A stretch of 56,187 bases of DNA from Lobosporangium transversale (Eukaryota), in NCBI RefSeq assembly GCF_002105155.1, contig NW_019029008.1, positions 434,001 to 490,187 on the forward strand, given 5' to 3'. Shown piece by piece: positions 46,496 through 56,187 of this stretch; the first letter of the stretch is position 1, and every line of letters begins with the position of its first letter. The notes beneath the pieces are model-generated. The model was not told the DNA's origin. It ran no database searches and worked only from the letters and a program-made list of their open reading frames with translations. Both the position numbers and the translations under genes were made by a program.

Positions 46496-48967
46496 ATGGT
46501 CGCCACAAGGAGTTCAACACAAAAAAACATAGCTGCAAATGATTCCACAAGGAGCCAAGCACAAATAAAAATGACTGCAAATAAGCCTGAGGATGCCTCC
46601 ACACTCAATAAACGAAAAAGAGAAAACCAACACCCACAACGAAAAAAGCGCGCCATCTCACCGCTGCTGGAGCTGAACTGCGTTGTCGAGGGAGAAGCAA
46701 CGCCGTTCCCAGTAGAGATTTTCTGCGATAAATCGGTCAGGATGCTCAAGGAGGTTATCAAAGCAAAGAAAGCCAATGCATTGAATAATATCGGCGCTGA
46801 CCAGCTTACCCTCTACAAGGTTTCCATCCCTGACAAAGGCGAGGCCATCTTTGAATCAGAAATCAAGTCAAAAAAGGCTCTTACAGTCGCGTCAAAGGAG
46901 CTTGGGAACATATTCAATTCTGAACTTCCAAGGAAAACTATTCATGTTTTTGTCAAGCCACCACAGCGAGGTATATCTTTGGCTCTTGATGGACTGATTG
47001 TTGATATTTCCAGCTGATGAAGCTTGGTTTATATCTTAAACGGCCATGTGCATGATATCACCATTTGGTTTGTGCCTTGATAACTCAACGTTCTTTCTAA
47101 TTATTCGCTTTTGATACTTAGCTCAGAAAAGAAAACAGGATGGAGATTCTGGTGAGTGCTTTTGGCTGAGAACCTGGTTATTGATCATTCTAGAGTGATG
47201 TGCAATAAATCAAAAATATTAATTTTGATCACTCTATCTCTTTTATCAGAGTCACCCTCTAAAAAAGCTCGTTCAAGCATGAGTAGCAGAGGTGATCTTA
47301 TGGATGCGATTACAGAAGCAGGGCTTGTAACGAAAGAGATAGTGGATGGTGGCCCTACCCTCTCGCCTCTCAACTCCAAAGAGAGGGTCAAGGTGCTTTC
47401 GTACATGGGGGAGGCATCGGTAGATAGTATTTACTACAGTATTATTAGCGTGGCTCGCGAGCTCCGAAATTCTGGTGAAGCTATCAAGGATTCCAAAATA
47501 TTGACTGCCCCTGAGGGTCGTACCTTCCCTATTGTTGATACACGGCATCTTTATATCAGAGAAGAATATAAAGAGCTTTATGACCATATTACAGCCAAAC
47601 TCACTACTCCTCCCAAAGTATATTGTTTGAATCGACTCTTTGTCACTGGAACACCTGGAATTGGGAAGTCAGCCTTTTTGGTCTATTTTGCCATCCGCCT
47701 CATTGCCGAACACGATGAGGAAAACCCACCGATTATTATTTTCCAAGAGAAGAAGAGTACTAGATGCTATGCTTATGGAGGAACAACTTGCCAACGTTAT
47801 GGGCATATAGGAACATTCCAAGATTTCCTTGCTCGGCCTGAAACGTGGTACTTAGTTGATAGTGGTGATAATCCTCAACCAGATCACGCCAGGACGATAT
47901 TTTCGGCATCACCAAGAACTCTCAGTGGACAGTACGATGAATTCGCCAAGGAAACTAGACCATATAGCTACTATCACATGTCAATATGGACTTTGGACGA
48001 GCTTAAGGAATGTAGAGCCAATGTAGAGCATTATCATCGAATGGATGAAGAATTTTTGGAGGAGCTTTTTTGCAACTTGGGGGGTGTGCCAAGACAGGTC
48101 CTACAGGGTCCATCTGATGTACTATGCAGAGATCAAAAAGATATTGACGGTGCTAGAGAGACTGCGTTTCAGTGTGTCAATGATGCCATTGGCCTACTCC
48201 AGTCCCCAGGAGATCTTTTTGACCTCTTTATTCCAGGAGATAAAGCGGGTAGTCATTTACTCCATAGAGTCCCCACTTCTGACCACCTCCGCTTCCACCT
48301 GGTATGGGCATCTCCTTATGTTCGATCAAGGATCATCATGGAATTAGATCAGACTTGGATCGACGCGTTGAAGCGACTTGCCAATTCTGACAGTGAAATA
48401 AAAAAAGGACCTTCGTTTGAACTCTATGTTCACTATTTAATTCGATGTGGTGGACTTCGGTTTCCATTTAAGGATCTTCAGTCAGACGAAACAGGATTCT
48501 TTGATCTTCCGAGGGAATCGGAAGCATTATTTACCAGGACTACAGCAGATTTTTCAACATTCTCCAAAACAACAGACAAGTTGTTTCTACCATCTATACC
48601 CAACTTTCCGTGCATCGATTTTGCATTGGGACCCAACAAGCTATTTCAGGTCACAGTATCAGAGAATCATCCGATCAAGCAAGCACCATTTAAGGAGATA
48701 ATTGATTATATTACTGGACCCTGCCCGAAGGGAAACCGATCAGATTCGAAAGGAAACCGATCAAAGTCGAGTGGAAGTGATGATACCATTTTCCTCTACT
48801 TTGTGGTACCAGGATACATATATGACAATTTTAAGGCTCAGAGGTTTGTTATAAACGATGATCAGGATACCAAGACAATACCTGGATGCTTGAAACATGT
48901 AAGACAGCGTGTCATAAAAATCGACATCAATGTTGTATATTCAGGCGGTACGAACCTGAAGAATTAA
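46496..48967 (+). CDS. Crinkler (CRN)-family protein: ubiquitin-like header + P-loop NTPase + C-terminal REase-fold nuclease, ~740 aa; exons 46496-46970, 47122-47151, 47250-48967
   Basis: Header LNCVVEGEATPFPVEI...LKEVIK...ADQLTLYKV...IHVFVKPP; Walker A GTPGIGKS, Walker B WYLVD, GGVPR; PNFPCIDF...LFQVTVSENHPIK; phase-1 introns join in frame. Confidence 0.9.
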
Positions 48968-50001
48968 ATCGAATACCAATTAAGTGGATGAAATTTGTCA
49001 TGTAAAAGAAAAGCATTATACCTGTTCCTTGAGGGTTTTTTACAATAGTACATCCTTTATGAATGAAGCCATCATTATCCACTTACCTTTTAGACGAATA
49101 GATAGTGTGGTTTAATCAGTCCTCCCTTCTACTGGGGCATTTAGGACTTTATAAAGCTTCCTGTGATCATCATGCGATCTTGTGTGCAAGAAAGGGCGGA
49201 ATTTTGTGATACTATTACCAAAGAGTTTTGTAAGAACGGATAGAGATGAAGGATCCTGTGGAGAACCCAGTGAGAGTCTGATGATGAGACCCAAAATCAT
49301 ATTATTATCACCAGGACAGCTGGCATAGGAAATTATCCTTTCTCATATGCTTTGTCATCTGGATGCTTACCACTTGCGGAAGCCCCATCAATTATCATCA
49401 TCCAAGGCGCCAGAACGTTTACCGGGAGCTAGGATGACAGCTCCGCTCTAAAGACATAAATGTCGTTTTAGCCCCATGGTGCGTGCACGGGATGGCAATC
49501 TGCGACCAATGAGATCATATTAGTTGTATGGTCGGCCAATTCAGTGTCAGTATGTGAAGGCGGCGCGTCTAGAATCTCTAGGCGTCCAGGGACATGAAAT
49601 AAAAAAAACATCAAGAATTTGGCCCAAGGCTGCCACGAACTTGACCAGTAAAATGTGATACAATATTGGATTGTGTCGTCGTCAATAGATTAATAGTTCT
49701 CGGTATATTAATGCTACATGCTGTTGAGGGCATCAATCAATCTCACCAGAATCATTTCCTCTCACATCAATTACCTTGGGAGCTATGCTAGATGGATGGG
49801 AGATTAGGAGGAAAAGGTCCTTGATGTCTGGGATATCCACGCTTGTTTATAATCTCACCAAATGTTCTGTGTCTTGCGTTCATAGGCGGTTAATCGCAAT
49901 TTGGTTTTCGTATACCCCTTGAAGAACGCAAACAAAAATGCCTTTATGTTTATACTCGTCAATTTACCCTTTTTACTGACTTGTGTATTTCAAATACTCA
50001 T

Positions 50002-51731
50002 AGTCAATAAACGGTTTAACAACAATGAGAAAGAATTTTATTCTAAGGATTGGTCTGAGTTTATCAAGGCTTATATTTATGGCAACGTTAAATTACCAGT
50101 AACAGACGGCGCAATGTCAGGCTTCCCAGATGCTTGGCGTCGATTTCAGTCAGAAAAAAGAGAGGCGACACATAGACCGTCACTCCTGTTCTTTGACCCT
50201 CCTGGTTTGGATGGCTCTTATATGAGCTGCGACTCTAATAACAAGGCAAAAGAGATCTTCGTACATACTTCGTCGCATAGTCTCAGCTTTTGTCCACTTT
50301 TTGGAGCATCTGGCTGTGGAAAGACTCGAACAGTTATGGACACACTCTCGCAAAACTGGGGATTTTATTTTAATGCTGGTCGAGATGATCGCGGACCAGA
50401 TGATGTCTGGTCTTTGATTACTTCTGTCAATCTTGGGGCTGGTGTTAACTTATCGGTAAACACTAATATTGCTATGTCGACCACTACCTGCCTGCTCCTT
50501 GTTCGTGTGTCTATCCTGTTATGTTGTTTGAGTTTGTCCGAAGGTAGAATGATGCCTAGCCAATGGATGCTATTGCAAGTGTGTCCACAGGTTCTTGGAG
50601 AAGTTCATTGAGGAAACTCGGTTCCATCCAGGACACTTCAAGGCACTTGTACGATATTTGGAAAAACAAAGTTCCTCAAGCTCTGCATCAAAGCTGAGAG
50701 GCCACTTTAATGATCAAGCAATCGAGATGCTATATGCCTGGTCCTGTGGTCGTCTCCGTCCAATGATCACTATAATAGAAAACCTCATTGGGCGTGCCGA
50801 TGCTGGCCTTGGGAAGCAAGAAATCAAGGGCCTGGTGTCGTCGCTCACTGATCCAGGATATAAAGAATCTGGTAACCTATGCCATGAATAATCTAGAATT
50901 CTGAAGCGTATTAACAAAGGGGATGCAGGAATTAAAAGCAGTGTCGAGATTAGGAAAATCTTCAGTCGAGCCGTAAAGAATGGATTACTCTATGGTAAAG
51001 ACCTGATATTGGAGTACAAAGAGCCTGTTCCGGTCGAGGCTTCGTTTGTTCGAATTGTCGTTAATCAAAGGAAGAAGGAGTTTACAACTATCGTTGAGCC
51101 AATTGCATTTATAGCAGCGATTAACTTGTTTGAAATGGATGACCCTGAATTGGTTAAATTGGTTAATAGTGTGTTGTTAGACGCCCCTACGTCTGGCACA
51201 AAGGGCACACATTTTGAGTATTTCAGTCCCGCTTTGTTAATTCCAATCTTCCAGAACTATAACAATGAACGAATTCTTGGATACTCACTGTAACAAAGAC
51301 TCAATACATGAATCCAAGTTAATCTCGAATACCTCTCATCACCGTCCTCTCTACCCGGCTTTGCTCGAATGACATATCCTTATTGCTGTTGCTTAGGCCT
51401 TACTTATCGCGTTGCCTTATCATGTTGTCTTATCATGTTTTCTTATCATATTGTCTTAACATGAACAGGGTGATTATTCAGTAGCTAAAGTCAAAGAAGT
51501 TCCTGCCATCAAAGACAAACGAATAGAAACGACGTGCTTAAAATTAGCTTGTTGAACTTCCTTGAAAGCGCAAGGGAGTCCCTCGAGAAGTCAGAGTTGA
51601 CTCGAGTTATGGAGGATGAGGGAGAAGGAAGCAAGCGCAAAGAACTACAGGCAAGGAGGACATCAAAGAGAATTGTCGATAAAGCTCAAGCTATGGAGAA
51701 TAAGGAAGAGTTGAGCAAACCCAGCGGATGA
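50002..51731 (+). pseudogene. Decayed Crinkler-type P-loop gene of a second subfamily
   Basis: KLPVTDG..GFPDAWRR..RPSLLF, PLFGASGCGKTRTVMDTLSQNWGFYFNA, GRLRP, PVEASF, IVEP; broken into several ORFs by frameshift and stops; no header exon seen. Confidence 0.7.
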
Positions 51732-51979
51732 AATAAAAGAAAAAAATGAGTCGACTCAAGCGGAGGACGACAATCCTAATAGGCCAAGCAGGGATAAGGG
51801 ACCAAGGAAAAGGTAGCGATCGTTTCTTTTACTTCTTTTTACTCGCCATTGTTTATGACAATGGCGTAGACACAATTTTGTAATATAACACTAATAAATA
51901 AATTAAAATATCGCTATTCAGTAAACCTAAGCAAGGAGAAGTGAGCACGCCAAGCGGATTGCCGCAGCTGCATCATCGG

Positions 51980-52312
51980 AATTTTCTCAAGCAAGTAGCA
52001 AGTTGTTTCTATTGTCTATTCCTATCTTCCCACCCATATGTTTTGTGTTGGGGCCCGACAAGCCATTCCAGGTCACATCAGAGGAGCATCCGATCAAGCA
52101 AGTATCATTCAAGGAGATAATCGATAATATTACTGGATCCTGCTTGAAGAGAAGCCGATCAAACCTCGGAGAAAAGTGACAATATCACATTCCTCCGTTC
52201 CATGGTCCCAGGCGACATACACGTCAAGCTTAAGGTTTAGAAGCTCGTTATCAACAACGATCAGAATGCTAAGGCAACACCTAGATATTTAAAACATGCG
52301 GGACAGCATGTC
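51980..52312 (+). pseudogene. Diverged duplicate of the 3' (nuclease) end of the 46496-48967 Crinkler gene, cut by the LTR element
   Basis: CAAGTTGTTTCTA, CAGGTCACA, CATCCGATCAAGCAAG, AAGGAGATAAT, TATTACTGGA are collinear with 48550-48912; in-frame stop and indels. Confidence 0.85.
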
Positions 52313-52477
52313 TGTTACGTCCTGAGGCTAGGGAGTGTACCCAAATGGAGCACTCCCCTTTTTATTCATAGATCAGAGCAATTAGTGACGGCTATGTTGG
52401 AGCCTATATAAGGCTCCGACCTAGCTAAAATAATAAACAACTTTTGATCTCCTTGACTTCCGATTTACCATAAAACA
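52313..52477 (+). repeat. 5' LTR (~165 bp) of the Ty3/gypsy element
   Basis: Starts TGTTAC exactly where Crinkler homology breaks, ends AAACA; internal TATATAA (52405) and AATAAA (52432); second LTR is outside the window. Confidence 0.65.
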
Positions 52478-52577
52478 TATCATTTTTTCAAGGATCTACA
52501 TAGAGTTACATCCATCCATTTTATCAATCCATCCAACCATTTTTTTTTTCCATAATTTCAATCCCTTTATTTCAATC

Positions 52578-55500
52578 ATGTCTAATATTAATAAAGTACC
52601 AATTAACGAAGATGTTGATATGGAAATCTCTTCACCAGAGAATGGCTCAGGCTTGACACCTGTCGAGCAGTTGAACTTATTGGTGGCTAGCCTGGTCGTA
52701 GATACGACGGAGAGTGTAGTCGAGTTCGGCAGTGATGCTGTTCCCGATATCGAGAATGTTACGATGCTTCTTCGAAGTTATAGACTTCAGAAGGAGGAGA
52801 CACTCAGAAAGAAGGCATTGCTGTTCCTTAGGTACAATGATGCCAAATCAAAGTTAAGAAAAATTGACATTGATGAAAAGACACTTACCAAGGCCTTAGG
52901 CGATCTCGCTCAACAGAAGGCAGACATCTTGAAGGTCTTAGTAAGACAAACTGAAGACTTGAATAGTTCTATTGAACATATGGAGGAGGTCAGAAATGGC
53001 TTATCTTCAAGCGAGGACGTTTCGATTGATAGATCGAGTGTGTCTGAAGCAGATAGTCACCGTATAACGGTGAAATGGGATCCTGCTAATCCCGAACATG
53101 ACGCACTTCATCGAATCTTCAAAGAAGAGAACATTCCTTTGATGGAAGATTCAGAAGAGGTAGACTATACCAAGGTCAAGAAGAAAACGTTTGCGGATGC
53201 GCCTATGCTTGATTTAGACGTGTCCAAGGTTCCCGGCAAGAATATGGTCAAGGAAATAGCAATCAGGGTTGTCACTTTCCGTGATGACTTTGAGAGGATA
53301 TTCCGTCGTAACCTTTCTGATGTTCTTTTCGACAAACTAGCATGGGATTACTTATCCCTCTGCGTTTCCAAAGTGTCCGGCCTGGCGCGAGACTATGACG
53401 ATCTCATCAAGAAAGTGCCTCTTCAAGACAGGACCTGGTCTCGGGCAGTTACATGCTTGAATAAAGCTCTAAAGTTTGACATTCTAGGGGCTTACATCGC
53501 TGATATGGCGCTAGTTATGAGGCCTGAGAAGAATGACACTATTAGGTCGTTCGCGCAACGATTGCTACCACTGGTTGAGGCAGCTGGAATCCCAGATGAT
53601 GGCTGCTATATGCTCATCAAAGCTTTATGCAATCATCTGTCCGACGTAGGATTTCAGGCTGTCATCAAGGAATTCGGCTCAGTGAAAAGTGTTAGCTCTT
53701 TGAAGGAGTTTCTAGAGTTCCTAGAAAAGACACCAGGTGCCTTAGGTGAGAAACGAACCGATGACGCCCATTGGTTTATCCAGAAGTATGGAGGAGACGC
53801 TGGAGAACAGTATTTGCGATCCATCAAGTCCAGATCGGAATACACTCCTAGAGAGGTTCCGAGATCTAGTCATAAAAGATCTCGACTTAATGCCAATCCG
53901 TCAAGTGATAGAGAAGCCAAGAAGGCTAAACCATTCAAGGTCTGGTGTAAGGGAACGGAGAAGTGTAGGTCGAATCCGTACAAACATGCCCCGGAGGACT
54001 GTCGGTATGCTAAGGATCAAGTCAGAGATCATTCTAAGGATAAGCCCAAGGACGTCAAGAGAACTGATGTGCGCAAGCCGCTTGCCTCAGTCAGTGCTTT
54101 TAAGAGGATTAGTGATAGTGCGCTCATAAGAGACATAATTCCGAATAAAGAATCCTTCTTTTCCTCGTACTCAATTGTTGAGAAAGCTTGTATCAAGCAC
54201 CTAGGGGCTTTCAAAGGTCCCGCTCCTGGTGATAATAGAATAGCTGTGCCTATATTTATAAACGGGCAACAATATACAGCATTGTTAGATCCAGGCGCCA
54301 CAACTTCTTTGCTCAGTAAGGAAGTAGCCATAGAGCAAGGTATTCGCTATGGTCGAGTACCAGGAGAATCTATAGCAATGATAGAAAAAGGGACTAGCAC
54401 GGATAATGCCATTACTTGTGATAAAGTCCAATTGGTCTGCAACAATAGATCTGGAGAATATCAATTGTCGGTCATGGACATTGAGTATTATGACTTCGTG
54501 TTGGGAATGGATCTCTTCGCTAGACTCGGCTTTTCCATCACGGGAATAGCCATGCCGGAGATACGAGAGGAGGAATCCCTATGGGTCCCATATGATGAAA
54601 AACCTCAAGTCATTCCGTCACAAACTCCAGAAAGAGAAAACAATGCTGAATTCAAAGCATTGAAAGAAAAGTTCCTGTTAGCACTGGAGCCTTATTTACA
54701 GGCGAATGAAGCCATCTCGCCAAATTCATTTTGCAATCTTGATACAATGAAGGTCCAGCTAAAGGTTAAACCCACCTGTATCATCCAGGAAAGATCTCGC
54801 CCATTCCATTCGCAAATTGAAAAAGAAGAAGTGGAAAAGACCATCCAGAAGTGGCAAGAAACGGGTGTTATCGTTCCAGCACCTAAGGGGTGTCCGTATA
54901 ATAACTCCCTGACAATGGCAGCACGCCGTGACCTGGATGCTAATATTCTGAAATATAGAGTATGCCTTGATCCAAGAATGTTGAATCGTCAACTAGAGGA
55001 TACTGATGTCTTCCTCTACCATTAATCACTGATATCCAGCAGAGGGTAGCAGGGCATCTGTATTTCACCGCAATTGATCTGTCTCAGGCGTATCATCGCA
55101 TGCCTGTAGAGAAATCAAGCCAACCACTAACTGCATTTACGTACGGTGGTAAGCAATATATGTTTGCTAGAGCACCTTTTGGTTTAAAACCCCTCACGAG
55201 TATCTTCCAAAGAGGAATGTCACAACTCTTAGATGATCTGCACTTTGCTGACAATTATGTGGATGACATTATTGTCTATTCGCACACAGCAGAGGATCAT
55301 ATTCTTCATGTCAGCATTGTCATAGAAAGGCTTACAGCTGCAAAGTTGATAATCAATAGAGAAAAGAGTAAATTCCTTAGTACAGAAGTGCTACTACTGG
55401 GGTTCATAATCAACAAAGAAGGACGCAAAATAGATATCAACAAGGTTGCTAATGTGCATTCATGGACACCACCTACCAATAAGAAGATGGTTCAACGCTA

Positions 55501-56187
55501 TTTAGGCCTCTTCAATTATTTTAGGGAGTATATACCCTTGTACAGCTCGCTCACAGCACCTCTAAGATGCCCTGCGCAATGCCAAAGGCACTTTTGATCT
55601 TAATAAGGAGCAAATGCGAAGCTTTAACAGCATCAGATCGCTTATAGCCCAAGCTCCAGCCTTATCGTTCCCTGATTTTACTCAGCAATTCTTTGTAGCC
55701 ACCAGATGCCTCTAACGTAGGCATAGGAGCTGTCCTATATCAGCTACCGGGTGGCAAGGAAGATGAAACCAAGGTCAACTACATATCCTTTCAAGCCAGA
55801 GCATTGCATAAGCATGAGAAAAATTACCCAGCTTACAAGAAGGAACTCTTAGCAATTATTTTTGCACTAATGAAATTTCACCATTACCTTTGGGGAAGAA
55901 GATTTACATTATATACTGATCACAGACCTCTGACGTACATTCATGAACAGAAGGAGTTGCCACAAATAATCCTGAATTGGAAGGCCACTCTGCTCAACTA
56001 TGATTTTGAATGTATTTATCGTCCAGGCCTGCTGAACATTATTCCAGACGCATTATCTCGCGCATTTCCTGAGGAATTGTGGAAGTCTCCTAAAGAAGAA
56101 CAAGCTACATGTTCTACGAGTCGGCAGATTGCTTCTATGAGGCGAGGAACAGAGACTACCGAGAATGTTCAGGCAGCTCCACAGTTC
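52578..56187 (+). CDS. Gag-Pol polyprotein with three single-base frameshifts (~55013, ~55565, ~55703); partial at 3' end
   Basis: 815-aa ORF followed by RT/RNase H motifs in shifted frames (FPLPLI, PLDALR, ATDAS each restored by a 1-nt correction). Confidence 0.85.

Larger units (their letters stand above)
52313..56187 (+). mobile_element. Ty3/gypsy LTR retrotransposon (gag-PR-RT-RNase H; integrase beyond window)
   Basis: Order gag, protease ALLDPGAT, RT (RVCLDPR, IDLSQAYH, PFGL, YVDD), RNase H (TDAS, KELLAI, YTDHRPL, PDALSR). Confidence 0.95.

Noticed and set aside
51844..51866. Hairpin CGCCATTGT/ACAATGGCG as terminator or element end
   Set aside because: Isolated 9-bp stem with no supporting context in a eukaryotic region

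Overview
Eukaryotic, intron-rich fungal DNA, most consistent with Mortierellaceae (Mortierellomycota). This rests on long poly-T/poly-A intron tracts, expanded F-box/LRR and Crinkler families, and the presence of DNMT2. A core block holds spliced housekeeping genes: EAF-like elongation factor, an 866-aa low-complexity protein, an Rds1/ferritin-like protein, RPN13, DNMT2, an F-box protein, HRD1 and SYP1/FCHO. It is interspersed with transposon debris (two Tc1/mariner pseudogenes, a Fanzor/TnpB-like fragment, foldback and Helitron-like ends). From ~41 kb it becomes an accessory island: a frameshifted RNI-type LRR gene, an intact Crinkler NTPase-nuclease gene, Crinkler pseudogenes and a Ty3/gypsy LTR element running off the right edge. 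The top observation is a solitary, intronless 114-aa gene at 19429-19773 that aligns by eye with contractile-injection-system/phage tail-tube proteins (gp19/Afp1 type). It lacks the segments used for ring stacking and sits behind a eukaryotic promoter, suggesting a domesticated horizontal acquisition. Second is a tandem trio of ~230-nt structured box C/D-like RNAs at 978-2032. All family assignments are from motif recognition by eye; no searches were run.
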